Assembly (NCBI GenBank): GCA_002422455.1
Contig: DIVK01000060.1
Span: 13,428 to 77,427, forward strand
Length of the DNA: 64,000 nucleotides
DNA from: Rhodoferax sp. UBA6134
Lineage (GTDB): Bacteria; Pseudomonadota; Gammaproteobacteria; Burkholderiales; Burkholderiaceae_C
Direction of reading: 5' to 3'
Both the position numbers and the translations under genes were made by a program. How positions within the stretch are numbered: position 1 is the stretch's first letter; each line of letters starts with the position of its first letter. This document shows, in pieces, positions 28,665 to 40,504 of the stretch. The notes beneath the pieces are model-generated. The model saw only the letters and a program-made list of their open reading frames with translations, did not search any database and was not told the DNA's origin.

Positions 28665-29996
28665 ATGTCGCAAAATGCCGCCGGACAATTGAGCCGCGAA
28701 CAACAAATCGCAGCCCTCGAAAAAGATTGGGCCACCAACCCCCGCTGGAAGCTGGTCAAGCGCGGTTACAGCGCCGCTGACGTGGTGCGTCTGCGCGGCA
28801 GCCTGCAGCCCGAATACACGCTGGCCAGGCGCGGCGCCGAGAAGCTGTGGGACAAGGTTAACGGTGGCGCCAAGAAGGGCTATGTCAACGCCTTCGGCGC
28901 CATCTCCGCCGGTCAGGCCATGCAGCAGGCCAAGGCTGGTCTGGAAGCCGTGTACCTGTCGGGCTGGCAAGTGGCCGCCGACGGCAACACCTCCGAGACC
29001 ATGTACCCCGACCAGTCGCTGTACGCCTATGATTCGGTGCCCACCATGGTGCGCCGCATCAACAATACCTTCAAACGCGCGGACGAAATTCAGTGGAGCC
29101 GAGGCGTCAACCCCGGTGACAAGGAGTTCATCGACTACTTTTTGCCGATCGTGGCCGACGCCGAAGCCGGCTTCGGCGGTGTGTTGAACGCGTTCGAGCT
29201 GATGAAAAACATGATCACGGCAGGCGCTGCCGGTGTGCATTTCGAAGACCAGCTGGCTGCGGTGAAGAAATGCGGTCACATGGGTGGCAAGGTGCTGGTG
29301 CCCACGCAGGAAGCCGTTGAAAAACTGATTTCTGCCCGCTTTGCTGCCGACGTGATGGGCGTGTCCACCATTGTGCTGGCCCGTACCGATGCCGAAGCGG
29401 CCAATCTGATCACTTCTGACCATGATGCCAACGACAAGCCCTTCCTGACCGGCGAGCGCACTCAGGAAGGCTTCTACCGCGTCAAGAACGGTCTGGAGCA
29501 AGCCATCAGCCGTGGCGTGGCCTACGCCCCCTACGCTGACCTGGTGTGGTGCGAAACCGGTGTGCCGGACATCGGCTTCGCTCGTGAATTCGCGCAAGCT
29601 GTGCATGCTGCCTGTCCCGGCAAGTTGCTGTCATACAACTGCTCGCCTTCCTTCAACTGGAAGAAGAACCTCAATGACAGCCAGATCGCTTCGTTCCAGG
29701 AAGACCTGTCGGCGCTGGGCTACAAGTACCAGTTCATCACGCTGGCCGGTATCCACATCAACTGGTTCAACACCTTCCAGTTTGCCCATGCTTACGCTCG
29801 CGGCGAAGGCATGAAGCACTACACCAACATGGTGCAGGAGCCCGAGTTCGCCGCCCGCGAAAAGGGTTACACCTTTGTGTCGCATCAGCAGGAGGTGGGT
29901 GCAGGCTACTTCGACGACGTGACCACCGTGATTCAGGGTGGTTCTTCCAGCGTGAAGGCGCTGACCGGTTCTACCGAAGAAGAGCAGTTCCACTGA
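28665..29996 (+). CDS. aceA: Isocitrate lyase
   Basis: KKCGHMGGK catalytic motif, [17 protein letters not shown]; AAGGAG RBS. Confidence 0.98.
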   Translation: MSQNAAGQLSREQQIAALEKDWATNPRWKLVKRGYSAADVVRLRGSLQPEYTLARRGAEKLWDKVNGGAKKGYVNAFGAISAGQAMQQAKAGLEAVYLSGWQVAADGNTSETMYPDQSLYAYDSVPTMVRRINNTFKRADEIQWSRGVNPGDKEFIDYFLPIVADAEAGFGGVLNAFELMKNMITAGAAGVHFEDQLAAVKKCGHMGGKVLVPTQEAVEKLISARFAADVMGVSTIVLARTDAEAANLITSDHDANDKPFLTGERTQEGFYRVKNGLEQAISRGVAYAPYADLVWCETGVPDIGFAREFAQAVHAACPGKLLSYNCSPSFNWKKNLNDSQIASFQEDLSALGYKYQFITLAGIHINWFNTFQFAHAYARGEGMKHYTNMVQEPEFAAREKGYTFVSHQQEVGAGYFDDVTTVIQGGSSSVKALTGSTEEEQFH

Positions 29997-30097
29997 GTCA
30001 GGGGTCTGACCGGAGCGGCGTAAAATTGCGCCGCTCCGGCTTCCACTCTTCAAAGCGCGGCTTGTCCGCGCTTTTGTATTTTCAGTTTTCAAAAATC

Positions 30098-32023
30098 ATG
30101 ATTCAAATTACGCTTCCAGATGGTTCCTTGCGCGAATATCCCGGTTCGGTGACGGTGGCCGAGGTGGCTGCCTCCATCGGGACGGGGCTGGCCAAGGCGG
30201 CGCTGGCTGGCAAGGTGGACGGCAAGGTAGTTGACACCAGTCACCTGATCGATGCAAACAGCGCGCTGTCCATCGTCACGGCCAGGGACGCCGATGGCCT
30301 GGATGTCGTTCGTCACTCTACGGCGCATCTGCTGGCTTATGCCGTCAAGGAGCTGTTCCCGGACGCGCAGGTAACGATCGGCCCGGTGATTGAGCATGGT
30401 TTTTTCTACGACTTCTCCTACAAACGTCCCTTCACGCCAGAAGACCTGGTTGCCATTGAGAAGAAGATGGTCGAGTTGGCGGCGAAAGACGAGCCCGTCA
30501 CCCGTCGTGTGCTGCCGCGTGATGAGGCTGTGGCCTACTTCAAGGGGCTGGGTGAGCATTACAAGGCGGAGATCATTGCCAGCATCCCCGCCAATGAAGA
30601 CGTGTCACTGTACCGTGAAGGCAAGTTCGAGGACTTGTGTCGCGGGCCGCACGTGCCCAGTACCGGCAAGCTCAAGTTCTTCAAACTGATGAAGCTCGCC
30701 GGCGCGTACTGGCGCGGCGACCATCGCAATGAAATGCTGCAGCGCATCTACGGCACGGCCTGGGCCACCAAGGATGAGTTGCAGCAACACTTGACCATGC
30801 TGGAAGAGGCCGAAAAGCGCGACCACCGCAAGCTGGGCCGCGAGTTGGATCTGTTCCACATTGACGAGCATGCGCCGGGTCTGGTGTTCTGGCACCCCAA
30901 GGGATGGACGTTGTGGCAAGGCGTGGAGCAGTACATGCGTCAGGTCTATCGCGACAACGGTTACCAGGAGGTCAAGGGCCCGCAAATCATCGACAAGGGC
31001 TTGTGGGAAAAGTCGGGGCACTGGGACAAGTACCGTGACAACATGTTCATCACGGAGTCTGAAAAACGCGAATACGCATTGAAGCCGATGAACTGTCCGG
31101 GCCACATCCTGATCTACAAACAGGGCATCAAGAGCTACCGTGATCTGCCGTTGCGGTATGGTGAATTTGGCAACTGCCACCGCAATGAACCGTCGGGTGG
31201 TTTGCACGGCATCATGCGTGTGCGCGGCTTCACACAGGACGATGGCCACATTTTCTGTACCGAAGACCAGATACTGGACGAGTGTGCCGCGTTTACCCAA
31301 TTGCTGCAAAAGGTTTACAAGGACTTTGGCTTTACCAACATCGTGTACAAGGTCGCAACGCGTCCTGAACAGCGTATTGGTTCCGACGAATACTGGGACA
31401 GGACCGAACAGGTGCTGATGGAGAGCTTGCGCCGCTCGGGTTGTGAGTTTGAAGTGGCTGCGGGCGAGGGCGCATTTTATGCGCCCAAGATCGAATATGC
31501 GTTGAAGGACGCTTTGGGCCGACAGTGGCAATGCGGAACCATTCAGATCGACAGCAATATGCCGGAGCGCCTGGAGGCAGAGTATGTGGGTGAAGATGGT
31601 GCTCGCCACCGTCCGGTCATGTTGCATCGCGCCATCGTCGGCAGTCTGGAGCGTTTCATCGGAATTCTGATCGAGGAAAGCGCAGGGGCGTTGCCAACCT
31701 GGCTGGCTCCGGTGCAGGTGGCGGTGCTCAATATCACCGATGCGCAGGCTGATTATTGTCGCGATATTGTTGAAAAGTTGAAAAATTCGCTGCCGAATCA
31801 AGAGCTTAGAGTGGTGGCCGATCTGCGCAACGAGAAAATTACGTATAAAATACGGGAGCATTCAATGCAGAAGCTGCCTTATATCCTCGTCGCGGGCGAC
31901 AAGGAGAAGGCAGCGGGTACCGTTGCAGTGCGCGCCCGGGGTGGTCAAGACCTCGGTGTGATGTCCCTCGATGCATTCGTGCAAAAAATCGCCGGTGACA
32001 TCACTCACAAGTCTGTCGTCTAG
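30098..32023 (+). CDS. thrS: Threonine--tRNA ligase
   Basis: TGS domain [42 protein letters not shown]. Confidence 0.98.
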   Translation: MIQITLPDGSLREYPGSVTVAEVAASIGTGLAKAALAGKVDGKVVDTSHLIDANSALSIVTARDADGLDVVRHSTAHLLAYAVKELFPDAQVTIGPVIEHGFFYDFSYKRPFTPEDLVAIEKKMVELAAKDEPVTRRVLPRDEAVAYFKGLGEHYKAEIIASIPANEDVSLYREGKFEDLCRGPHVPSTGKLKFFKLMKLAGAYWRGDHRNEMLQRIYGTAWATKDELQQHLTMLEEAEKRDHRKLGRELDLFHIDEHAPGLVFWHPKGWTLWQGVEQYMRQVYRDNGYQEVKGPQIIDKGLWEKSGHWDKYRDNMFITESEKREYALKPMNCPGHILIYKQGIKSYRDLPLRYGEFGNCHRNEPSGGLHGIMRVRGFTQDDGHIFCTEDQILDECAAFTQLLQKVYKDFGFTNIVYKVATRPEQRIGSDEYWDRTEQVLMESLRRSGCEFEVAAGEGAFYAPKIEYALKDALGRQWQCGTIQIDSNMPERLEAEYVGEDGARHRPVMLHRAIVGSLERFIGILIEESAGALPTWLAPVQVAVLNITDAQADYCRDIVEKLKNSLPNQELRVVADLRNEKITYKIREHSMQKLPYILVAGDKEKAAGTVAVRARGGQDLGVMSLDAFVQKIAGDITHKSVV

Positions 32024-32111
32024 GCTGGTATCAAGCGAGGCGGCAATTTGTTTTCGCGTGCGGGCGGTTTTAGCTACATACCTTGTAGAGAAATTTGTGA
32101 AGGATTAAGCC

Positions 32112-32705
32112 ATCGCTACTGAATTTCGTGATCGCCGTCACCGCGAAGAACGCAAACATCGCCTGAACCGGGAAATCATGGCTCCGGAAGTTCGACTCTC
32201 CGGGGTTGAAAATGAGCCGCTCGGCGTGGTTGGCCTGACGGAGGCGCTGCGGATGGCGGGTGACCTGGATGTGGATCTGGTCGAAATTTCCGCCACGGCG
32301 GTTCCACCGGTCTGCCGTTTGATGGATTACGGCAAGTTCAAGTACCAGGAGCAGAAGAAAGCGGCGGAAGCGAAGGCCAAGCAGACGGTTATCGAGATCA
32401 AGGAAGTCAAGTTCCGTCCAGGTACGGACGATGGTGACTACAACATAAAGATGCGTAACATCAGGCGCTTTTTGGCCGAGGGTGACAAGTGCAAGATCAC
32501 TTTGCGGTTTCGGGGGCGCGAGATTACGCACCAGGAAATCGGCATGGCCTTGCTGAACCGTATCCGCACTGAGTTGGGTGATTCGATCCTGATCGAGCAG
32601 TTTCCCAAGCTTGAGGGGCGGCAGATGATCATGATGATCGCGCCGGGCAAGAAGAAGGTTGCGGCCAAACCTGCAGCAGAGGCTGTGCCGAGCGCGGCAT
32701 CGTAA
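32112..32705 (+). CDS. infC: Translation initiation factor IF-3 with non-canonical ATC start
   Basis: AAGGA RBS then ATC GCT ACT GAA TTT CGT GAT..., in frame with ORF 32178; KEVKFRP, FRGRE motifs. Confidence 0.93.
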   Translation: MATEFRDRRHREERKHRLNREIMAPEVRLSGVENEPLGVVGLTEALRMAGDLDVDLVEISATAVPPVCRLMDYGKFKYQEQKKAAEAKAKQTVIEIKEVKFRPGTDDGDYNIKMRNIRRFLAEGDKCKITLRFRGREITHQEIGMALLNRIRTELGDSILIEQFPKLEGRQMIMMIAPGKKKVAAKPAAEAVPSAAS

Positions 32706-32871
32706 ACTTGACGCACTGGCTTGCATGGTCGGTGCGTTGTGGAGAGTGGCGAGCTTATACTCGCCGTCCAAGCGGTGCCTTGAGAGGCGCTGCTTAAAAG
32801 TGGCTCGGGGCCAACAAGGTTGCAAATAGTTTGCAGACGCCTCACGAGCACAACGAAGAAGGAGCATGAAT

Positions 32872-33075
32872 ATGCCCAAAATGAAGACCAAGAGCGCAGC
32901 GAAAAAACGCTTCCGCGTTCGTCCGGGTGGCACCGTCAAGCGCGGTCAAGCCTTCAAGCGTCACATTCTGACCAAGAAGACCACCAAAAATAAACGCCAA
33001 TTGCGCGGTTCAGCAGCTGTTCATGAGACCAATATGGGTCACATGGCGCAGATGCTGCCCGGCCGTGGTATTTAA
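32872..33075 (+). CDS. rpmI: 50S ribosomal protein L35
   Basis: [14 protein letters not shown]...KRHILTKK; AAGGAG RBS 7 nt upstream. Confidence 0.97.
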   Translation: MPKMKTKSAAKKRFRVRPGGTVKRGQAFKRHILTKKTTKNKRQLRGSAAVHETNMGHMAQMLPGRGI

Positions 33076-33100
33076 TTAACGACGAACAAGGAGTAATCAC

Positions 33101-33460
33101 ATGCCTCGCGTCAAACGTGGTGTAACGGCTCGCGCCCGCCACAAAAAAGTTTTAGCCCTTGCAAAAGGTTTCCGCGGCCGCCGCGGTAATGTTTTCCGCA
33201 TCGCCAAGGAAGCGGTGATGAAAGCCGGGCAATATGCCTATCGTGACCGTCGCACCAAAAAGCGGGTCTTCCGTCAGTTGTGGATTGCCCGTATCAATGC
33301 GGCTGCGCGTCAGTGTGGCATGACCTACAGTCAGTTTGCCAACGGCCTGAAGAAAGCGAACATCGAGATCGACCGAAAAGTGCTGTCGGACATCGCTGTA
33401 CATGACATGGCTGCATTTGCCGGTATCGTGGAGCAAGTCAAGGCCAAGCTGGCTGCTTGA
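33101..33460 (+). CDS. rplT: 50S ribosomal protein L20
   Basis: [16 protein letters not shown]...YAYRDRR...WIARINAA. Confidence 0.98.
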   Translation: MPRVKRGVTARARHKKVLALAKGFRGRRGNVFRIAKEAVMKAGQYAYRDRRTKKRVFRQLWIARINAAARQCGMTYSQFANGLKKANIEIDRKVLSDIAVHDMAAFAGIVEQVKAKLAA

Positions 33461-33504
33461 ATTCACGATAATTTGCTATTTTTAGATAGCGAATACGTGC
33501 TTGA

Positions 33505-33544
33505 AAACAAGGGCTAGAGCTTGAAAAGGCGCTAGCCCTTGTTT
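33505..33544. terminator. Hairpin terminator after rplT
   Basis: aaacaagggctag...ctagcccttgttt, 13-bp inverted repeat. Confidence 0.7.
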
Positions 33545-33611
33545 CATTGAAGCCGCAGTTTCAGAGAATACCTGCTTGTAGGCGAGTTACGTCGGAACCA
33601 TAAGAGAATTC

Positions 33612-34688
33612 ATGAACGAGTTGAACGTTGTCGTTGAGCGCGCCAGGACTGCCTTTGCGCAGGCTGTCACACCGGCGGACCTGGAAAACGCCAAGGCCTT
33701 GTTTCTTGGCAAGTCGGGGCGCATCACCGAGCTGATGAAGGGCATGGCTGCCCTGACGGTGGATGAAAAGAAGTCACGTGGCGCGGCTATCAATCTTGCC
33801 AAGCAGGCGATTGAGGCGGCCTTGAATCATCGGCGCCAGGCCCTTGCTGATGCTGAATTGCAGGCGCAACTCCAGGCTGAGGCGCTGGACGTCACCCTGC
33901 CGGGCCGCCGGCGCGGGCAGGGTGGTTTGCATCCGGTGTCGCTCACACTGGAACGGATCGAAGCCATCTTTGGCTCAATGGGCTTTGCCGTGGCCGAGGG
34001 CCCCGAAATCGAGACCGACTGGTTCAACTTCACTGCCTTGAACACGCCACAGGATCACCCCGCGCGTTCGATGCACGACACCTTCTACGTTGAGGGTGGT
34101 TCTGTCAACGCCCCCAATCTTTTGCGCACCCACACCAGTCCGATGCAGATTCGCTATGCCGTGCAGCATGTCAAACAGCATCGTGCGGCGATGGCCGGTG
34201 GCTCGGTTAATGAGGAGTTGTTCTCGGGCTCCATGCCCGAAATTCGCGTTATCGCACCCGGCCGCACCTACCGTGTTGACAGTGATGCCACCCATTCGCC
34301 CATGTTCCACCAGTGCGAAGGCTTGTGGGTGGGGGAAAACGTCAGCTTCAAAGACCTCAAGTTCGTCTTTACCGACTTTTGCCGTACGTTCTTTGAGTCG
34401 GATGATTTGGTATTGCGATTCCGGCCCAGTTTTTTCCCGTTCACCGAGCCGAGTGCCGAGATTGACATCCAGTTTCAGCGCGGTCCGCTTGCGGGGCGTT
34501 GGCTGGAAGTGGCCGGCTCGGGCCAGGTGCATCCCAACGTGATTCGCAACATGGGGCTGGACCCGGAAAAATACATTGGTTTTGCTTTTGGCATGGGGCC
34601 GGACCGGCTCACCATGCTGCGCTACGGTGTGAATGATTTGCGCCTGTTTTTTGACGGTGACATTCGTTTCCTGTCGCAATTCCAGTAA
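33612..34688 (+). CDS. pheS: Phenylalanine--tRNA ligase alpha subunit
   Basis: [42 protein letters not shown]. Confidence 0.98.
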   Translation: MNELNVVVERARTAFAQAVTPADLENAKALFLGKSGRITELMKGMAALTVDEKKSRGAAINLAKQAIEAALNHRRQALADAELQAQLQAEALDVTLPGRRRGQGGLHPVSLTLERIEAIFGSMGFAVAEGPEIETDWFNFTALNTPQDHPARSMHDTFYVEGGSVNAPNLLRTHTSPMQIRYAVQHVKQHRAAMAGGSVNEELFSGSMPEIRVIAPGRTYRVDSDATHSPMFHQCEGLWVGENVSFKDLKFVFTDFCRTFFESDDLVLRFRPSFFPFTEPSAEIDIQFQRGPLAGRWLEVAGSGQVHPNVIRNMGLDPEKYIGFAFGMGPDRLTMLRYGVNDLRLFFDGDIRFLSQFQ

Positions 34689-34709
34689 TCCACGAACCAG
34701 CCCCTCGTC

Positions 34710-37148
34710 ATGCAATTTCCTGAATCCTGGTTGCGCGAATTTTGCAACCCACCCCTGTCCACCGAGCAGCTTGCCGAGACACTTACCATGGCAGGTCTGG
34801 AAGTTGAAGAACTCAAGCCGGTCGCGCCACCGTTTACGAACGTCGTCGTGGCAGAGATCAGGCAAGCCGTTCAACATCCCAACGCGGATCGTCTGCGCGT
34901 GTGCAAGGTCGATGTCGGCCAGGCGGAGTTGCTCGATATCGTGTGCGGGGCACCCAATGCCCGTGTGGGCATCAAGGTGCCGTGTGCCTTGGTCGGTGCC
35001 GAGTTGCCGGCGGGGGAAGACGGTACACCTTTCCTGATCAAGCTTGGCAAGCTGCGGGGTGTGGAGAGTCAGGGCATGCTGTGTTCCGCCCGGGAGTTAA
35101 AACTGTCCGAAGATCAGGCGGGCCTGCTGGAGTTGGCCGAAGATGCGCCTGTAGGTCAAGACATTCGCGCGTACCTGAACCTCGACGATACCCTGTTCAC
35201 CCTCAAGCTCACGCCCAACCTGGCGCATTGTCTGAGTGTATATGGTGTGGCGCGTGAAGTGTCGGCCTTGACCGGCGCACCATTGAAGACGCTTCGATTC
35301 CCTGCCGTCGGTGTCGCCAGCGCAGACCGGTTGCCGGTCAGGGTCAGCGCGCCTGATCTGTGCGGACGTTTCTCCGGCCGCATTGTGCGCCACCTCAATC
35401 CCCGGGCCAGCACCCCGCAATGGATGGTGGATCGGCTGGCGCGCTGCGGCCAGCGCAGCGTCACGACATTGGTGGACATTTCCAACTACGTGATGTTCGA
35501 GTTGGGACGCCCCTCGCATATTTTCGATCTGGAAAAAATTCACGGTGGCCTGGACGTGCGCTGGGGCAAACCCGGCGAACAGCTCAAGCTTCTCAATGGC
35601 AGCACGGTTACGCTGGATGAGCGGGTTGGCGTGATTGCCGATGACCGGCAAGTGGAGTCGCTCGCGGGCATCATGGGCGGCGACGCGACGGCGGTGTCTG
35701 ACGACACGCAGCACGTTTATGTGGAGGCGGCCTTCTGGTGGCCAAAATCCATCGCAGGCCGTTCGCGTCGCTTCAATTTTTCAACCGAGGCGGGCCACCG
35801 GTTCGAACGCGGAGTGGACCCGGGCCAGACCGTGGAGCACGTCGAGCGCATCACGCAGTTGATTCTTGATATTTGCGGTACGGCCACCACGGTGTGTGGC
35901 CCCATCGACGATCTGCAGGTGAATATGCCTGCTGCCGTCGCGGTCAACCTGCGCGTGGCACGTGCCAGCAAGGTTATCGGCATGCCGCTCACGCAGGCGC
36001 AATGTACTGACGCGCTGACGCGCCTGGGGCTGTCTGTCACGCAAAGTGACGGCATCCTCACCGTGCTGCCACCAGCGTACCGCTTTGACCTGCAAATTGA
36101 AGAAGACCTGATCGAGGAGGTGGCGCGCATGGTGGGGTACAACAACCTGCCGCAGACACCGCCGCTGGGGCCGATCACCGCCAAAATTCGCCCGGAGGCG
36201 CAGCGCAGTCCGTTTGCCGTGCGCCGTGCCATCGCTGCATTGGGTTATCAGGAAACCATCAACTTCAGTTTCGTTGAAGAGCGCTGGGAGCATGAGATTG
36301 GTGGCAACCCCAACCCTATCAAGTTACTCAACCCGATCGCCAGCCAAATGAGTGTGATGCGCTCGTCTTTGTTGGGTTCGCTGCTGCAAGTGTTGAAGTT
36401 CAACCTTGATCGCAAAGCCCAGCGTGTGCGAGTATTTGAGCTGGGACGCGTTTTCTTGCGCGATGCCAGCGTCGAAAATACCGACTCCACCGTTGCGGGC
36501 TTTCGTCAACCCATGCGCGTGGCGGGTATGGCGTGCGGCGGTGCCGACGCGCTGCAATGGGGATGCAAGGACCTGGATGCCGATTTCTTTGACGTTAAAG
36601 GCGATGTAGAAGCATTGTTGGCGCCGTGCAAACCGACCTTTGTGCCCGGCGAGCATCCCGCCATGCATCCGGGGCGCTGTGCCCGCGTCTTGCTGGCGGG
36701 TGTGGCGATTGGTTTCGTCGGTGAGTTGCATCCCAGGTGGCGTCAAACTTACGATCTGGCGCACGCGCCCATCATGTTTGAGCTGGAGCTTGACGCCGTG
36801 CTGCAGCGCGAGGTGCCGGTGTTCAAGGCTGTGGTCAAGCACCAGGCCGTGGAGCGTGACATTGCCTTGATGATGGATGAGTCAGTTACCCATGCCGCAT
36901 TGATGGCTGCGGTCTGGGCCGCACCCACGACAGGGCTGCTGCGAGATGCCGCCCTGTTTGATATCTATCGCCCCAAGACCGCCAGGGACCCGGGCGGGGC
37001 TGTCGTGCCATGTCACGAGAAGAGTATGGCTGTGCGCCTGACACTCAACAGCGAAGATGCCACTTTGACGGAAGAACAAATCGACGCTGCAGTACAAGCG
37101 GTGGTGGGCTCGTTGATGGACACACTGGGTGCGCGTCAACGTGCCTGA
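34710..37148 (+). CDS. pheT: Phenylalanine--tRNA ligase beta subunit
   Basis: [45 protein letters not shown]. Confidence 0.98.
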   Translation: MQFPESWLREFCNPPLSTEQLAETLTMAGLEVEELKPVAPPFTNVVVAEIRQAVQHPNADRLRVCKVDVGQAELLDIVCGAPNARVGIKVPCALVGAELPAGEDGTPFLIKLGKLRGVESQGMLCSARELKLSEDQAGLLELAEDAPVGQDIRAYLNLDDTLFTLKLTPNLAHCLSVYGVAREVSALTGAPLKTLRFPAVGVASADRLPVRVSAPDLCGRFSGRIVRHLNPRASTPQWMVDRLARCGQRSVTTLVDISNYVMFELGRPSHIFDLEKIHGGLDVRWGKPGEQLKLLNGSTVTLDERVGVIADDRQVESLAGIMGGDATAVSDDTQHVYVEAAFWWPKSIAGRSRRFNFSTEAGHRFERGVDPGQTVEHVERITQLILDICGTATTVCGPIDDLQVNMPAAVAVNLRVARASKVIGMPLTQAQCTDALTRLGLSVTQSDGILTVLPPAYRFDLQIEEDLIEEVARMVGYNNLPQTPPLGPITAKIRPEAQRSPFAVRRAIAALGYQETINFSFVEERWEHEIGGNPNPIKLLNPIASQMSVMRSSLLGSLLQVLKFNLDRKAQRVRVFELGRVFLRDASVENTDSTVAGFRQPMRVAGMACGGADALQWGCKDLDADFFDVKGDVEALLAPCKPTFVPGEHPAMHPGRCARVLLAGVAIGFVGELHPRWRQTYDLAHAPIMFELELDAVLQREVPVFKAVVKHQAVERDIALMMDESVTHAALMAAVWAAPTTGLLRDAALFDIYRPKTARDPGGAVVPCHEKSMAVRLTLNSEDATLTEEQIDAAVQAVVGSLMDTLGARQRA

Positions 37149-37185
37149 GCCCTTACGTTCCAACCCTAAAAGAAGCGAGGACGGA

Positions 37186-37527
37186 ATGGACATCACCGTT
37201 GAAAGTCTGGAAACTCCCGCGCTGACCAAGGCGCAGCTGGCTGAATTGTTGTTTGAGAAAATTGGCTTGAACAAACGTGAATCAAAGGACATGATCGATG
37301 CGTTTTTTGACCTAATTTCCGATACCCTTGTCGGTGGAGCCGATGTCAAGATATCCGGTTTTGGCAATTTTCAGATCCGGACCAAGGCGCCGCGCCCGGG
37401 GCGAAATCCTCGAACCGGCGAAACGATCCCCATTCAGGCGCGTCGTGTGGTGACCTTTCATGCCAGTCACAAACTCAAAGAACAAATTCAGGAGGATGGC
37501 TGTACGATTCCGGCACTTCAAGACTGA
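37186..37527 (+). CDS. ihfA: Integration host factor alpha
   Basis: ALTKAQLAE...VKISGFGNF...[10 protein letters not shown]; follows pheT. Confidence 0.96.
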   Translation: MDITVESLETPALTKAQLAELLFEKIGLNKRESKDMIDAFFDLISDTLVGGADVKISGFGNFQIRTKAPRPGRNPRTGETIPIQARRVVTFHASHKLKEQIQEDGCTIPALQD

Positions 37528-37621
37528 TTTTTCATTGTCAATATCCAGGCGACCTGCGGCTTTACATGCTACAGCAACCTAAAGTACCCTGAAAGCTTTC
37601 GTTCCTACCGCATTGATTTCA

Positions 37622-38068
37622 ATGGAGAAAGCCTTACCATCCATACCTGCTAAGCGCTACTTCACCATCGGTGAAGTGGGTGACTTGTGCGGTGTCAAAC
37701 CTCACGTGCTACGGTACTGGGAGCAGGAGTTTACGCAACTCCGCCCCATGAAACGGCGTGGTAATCGCCGCTATTACCAGCATCATGAGGTGTTGATGAT
37801 CCGTCGTATCCGCGACTTGCTTTACGACCAGGGTTTTACCATCAGTGGTGCTCGCAACAAGATGCAGGAAATCCTGCAGGCTGAACGTGACAAAAAAAGC
37901 CATGCTGGGACATTGCAGGTTGACGTTAAAGTCAGCGACTCCGAATTGGAGAAGATCAAGAATGCTCGCATCCCCGCACCGGATGGGTCTGCTACGGATC
38001 AGTGGCAGTTCGTACGGCAAGAACTGATTGAAATTCGCAACTTCTTGTCGTTGGCGGACCAGATTTGA
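37622..38068 (+). CDS. MerR-family regulator (conserved ihfA neighbour)
   Basis: IPAKRYFTIGEV...HVLRYWEQEF...KRRGNRRYY. Confidence 0.92.
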   Translation: MEKALPSIPAKRYFTIGEVGDLCGVKPHVLRYWEQEFTQLRPMKRRGNRRYYQHHEVLMIRRIRDLLYDQGFTISGARNKMQEILQAERDKKSHAGTLQVDVKVSDSELEKIKNARIPAPDGSATDQWQFVRQELIEIRNFLSLADQI

Positions 38069-38094
38069 TCTTCTGCGGTTACAATAAAAGGGAT

Positions 38095-38171
38095 CGGTGT
38101 GTGGCGCAGCCTGGTAGCGCACTTGCATGGGGTGCAAGGGGTCGAAGGTTCGAATCCTTTCACACCGACCA
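38095..38171 (+). tRNA. tRNA-Pro(GGG)
   Basis: CGGTGTG acceptor, GCGCAGCCTGGTAGCGC D-arm, cttgc-ATGGGGT-gcaag anticodon arm, GGTTCGAATCC, CCA end. Confidence 0.97.
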
Positions 38172-38179
38172 GTAAAATA

Positions 38180-38215
38180 GGGGGACAGATTTTGCTCTGT
38201 GGCCCCTTTCTTTTT
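38180..38215 (+). terminator. Intrinsic terminator after tRNA-Pro
   Basis: ggggacaga...tctgtggcccc followed by tttcttttt. Confidence 0.65.
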
Positions 38216-38315
38216 GTTTGTTTCTGTTGAATTCCTGGCGGTGATTGGTACGGAATGCACTGAGCCGCTGAATTGGCGGCTGGAAGTTTTACCGTGTATT
38301 TCGAAATAGCGTTTT

Positions 38316-38876
38316 ATGCCATTGCCTGATAATCAAACTCCTCGAAAAGAGATTCACGCCAGACAGATAACCTGCAAGGGATATCAGCGGGAAGACGGTC
38401 TATGGGATGTCGATGCGCATATTGTTGACGCGAAAACGTACGCTGTGGACAATGCTCACCGGGGCACAGTAAACCCGGGAGAGCCCATTCATGAGATGTG
38501 GATTCGCCTGACGGTTGACGTGGAACTCCTTGTTCACGATTGTATTGCCGTGACGGATCACTCCCCTTATGGATACTGTGGTGATATTACGGGGATTTTT
38601 AAAAAATTAATTGGTGAAACAATCGCCCCTGGTTGGAATCGACGCGTTAAGGAACTGGTGGCGGGTGTGCAGGGCTGTACGCATTTGGCCGATCTCGTTG
38701 GCCCGGCTACAACTACTATCTATCAAAGCATGGCGGGTATCAGTAAAGGAAAATGCGAGGCGGAAAAATCAAAACCGTTTTATATTGACGGCTGCCATGT
38801 TTGGGCGAGCGATGGAGATCAAGTGCTGAAATTTCATCCGGAATTCCATGCGGGGAAAACGGAAAAGCAACGTTAG
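38316..38876 (+). CDS. DUF2889-family protein
   Basis: R.EIHARQITCKGYQREDGLWDVDAH...IHEMWIR...GCTHL...YIDGCHVW. Confidence 0.8.
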   Translation: MPLPDNQTPRKEIHARQITCKGYQREDGLWDVDAHIVDAKTYAVDNAHRGTVNPGEPIHEMWIRLTVDVELLVHDCIAVTDHSPYGYCGDITGIFKKLIGETIAPGWNRRVKELVAGVQGCTHLADLVGPATTTIYQSMAGISKGKCEAEKSKPFYIDGCHVWASDGDQVLKFHPEFHAGKTEKQR

Positions 38877-38902
38877 AATTTTAAAACCTATAGGAGACAA
38901 AA

Positions 38903-39325
38903 ATGAACACTTCACTCTATGCACTTGCCGGATTTGCCGGATGGACTTTGTTGCTTGCCTTTTTATTGCTGAATATGAGGGGTTATTATGCTTTCCTGAG
39001 TGGTAACAAAATAGCCCTGAACAAATTCTCTCCGGATGGAAATGACGTGCCAGGATTTGGAAAGAGGCTCACACGTGCCCATCTGAACTGCCTTGAAATG
39101 CTGCCCATTTTCGCCAGTCTTGTTGTGGTTGCTTCTTTGTCAAGTCAATTGGCCGTTATGGAGACCACAGCTCTGTATGTGCTTTATGCCCGCATAGCCC
39201 AGTCAACGGTACACATGATTTCAACCAGTTTGGTTGCTGTCCTTTTGCGTGCGACTTTTTGGGTTATTCAACTGGGTCTGCTCTCGTCCTATGCCTACCA
39301 GTTGCTCAAGCCTGTGTTGGGCTAG
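38903..39325 (+). CDS. MAPEG-family membrane protein
   Basis: [29 protein letters not shown]; AGGAG RBS. Confidence 0.85.
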   Translation: MNTSLYALAGFAGWTLLLAFLLLNMRGYYAFLSGNKIALNKFSPDGNDVPGFGKRLTRAHLNCLEMLPIFASLVVVASLSSQLAVMETTALYVLYARIAQSTVHMISTSLVAVLLRATFWVIQLGLLSSYAYQLLKPVLG

Positions 39326-40407
39326 TGTCCTGAGTTAGAAATTCGCAGACAAAAGCGCTCGATGCTGGCCAGAATGACGTCGGCGGATTTCGTCCAGATA
39401 AACGGCTTGGGCTCGGCGTTATTGATTTTGAGGTAGGCGCGAATGGCATCTTCGAGCTCGCGGGTCGAACGATGCGTGCCACGACGAATCTGTTTTTCGG
39501 TCAGGGTTGCGAACCAGCGTTCGACTTGATTGAGCCAGGACGCCGAGGTTGGCGTGAAATGAACCTGAAAGCGCGGATGGCGCGCAAACCAGTTGCGGAT
39601 GGTTGACGTCTTATGCGTGCCGTAGTTGTCCATCACGAGATGAATATCCAGATCCGTGGGAACGGATGCCTCAATCGTGCGCAGGAATTTCAAGAATTCG
39701 CTGCTGCGATGGCGTCGGTGCAATTCCCCTATGACCTTGCCAGTCGCGATGTCGAGGGCAGCAAACAAAGTTGTCGTGCCATGACGCTCGTAGTCGTGGG
39801 TGCGTCGCTCAGCGACGCCGGGCGCCAGCGGCAAAATGGGCTGCGTGCGGTCGAGCGCCTGAATCTGGCTTTTTTCATCGACGCACAGCACCATGGCCTT
39901 CAGCGGCGGATCAATGTACAGGCCCACGATGTCGCGGGTCTTCTCGACAAACAAGGGGTCGGTGGAGAGTTTGAACGTCTCTTGACGGTGAGGCTGCAAA
40001 CCGAAAGCGCGCCAAATCCGGCTAACCGCTGTTTGCGACAGCTTCGCCTCGCGTGCCATCATCCGCGTGCTCCAATGGGTGGCATTCATCGGCGCTCCTT
40101 CGAGCGTCTTGGCGATGACGGCGTCCACACGCGCGTCGTCTATCGTGCGCGGTGCCCCTGAACGCGGCGCGTCCAGCAAACCATCGAGCCGCGATTGCAC
40201 AAAGCGACCGCGCCACTTGCACACAGTCTGCGGTGCGACCGCGAGCTTGAGCGCGACGGCTTTGTTCTCGGCGCCAGCCGAGCATGCAAGGATGATCCGC
40301 GAACGCAAGGCCAGCGCTTGCGCGGTCTTGCGCCGCCTGGCCCACGCCTGCAACTGTTCTCGTTCTGATTCGTTCAACACCAACTGCGCTTTTGGTCGAC
40401 CTGCCAT
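39322..40407 (-). CDS. IS630-family transposase
   Basis: HTH N-terminus; [38 protein letters not shown] motifs; stop lies in the terminal repeat/target. Confidence 0.95.
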   Translation of the reverse strand: MAGRPKAQLVLNESEREQLQAWARRRKTAQALALRSRIILACSAGAENKAVALKLAVAPQTVCKWRGRFVQSRLDGLLDAPRSGAPRTIDDARVDAVIAKTLEGAPMNATHWSTRMMAREAKLSQTAVSRIWRAFGLQPHRQETFKLSTDPLFVEKTRDIVGLYIDPPLKAMVLCVDEKSQIQALDRTQPILPLAPGVAERRTHDYERHGTTTLFAALDIATGKVIGELHRRHRSSEFLKFLRTIEASVPTDLDIHLVMDNYGTHKTSTIRNWFARHPRFQVHFTPTSASWLNQVERWFATLTEKQIRRGTHRSTRELEDAIRAYLKINNAEPKPFIWTKSADVILASIERFCLRISNSGH

Positions 40408-40488
40408 GTGAGCCTCGCTGTCGTGAATTCGATATTCACAACATAGTCGATATTCAAAATAATTCAACTAATTTCTAACTCAGGACAC
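39325..40488 (-). mobile_element. IS630-family insertion sequence, apparently complete
   Basis: Perfect inverted ends ctagtgtcctgagttagaaatt (39322-39343)/aatttctaactcaggacactag (40470-40491), including the duplicated TA target. Confidence 0.95.
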
Positions 40489-40504
40489 TAGATGGACGTA
40501 GAGT

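Noticed and set aside
34160-34240. Extra peptide in PheS ([22 protein letters not shown]) as another repeat insertion
   Set aside because: No palindrome or similarity to family A or B; more likely a lineage-specific loop
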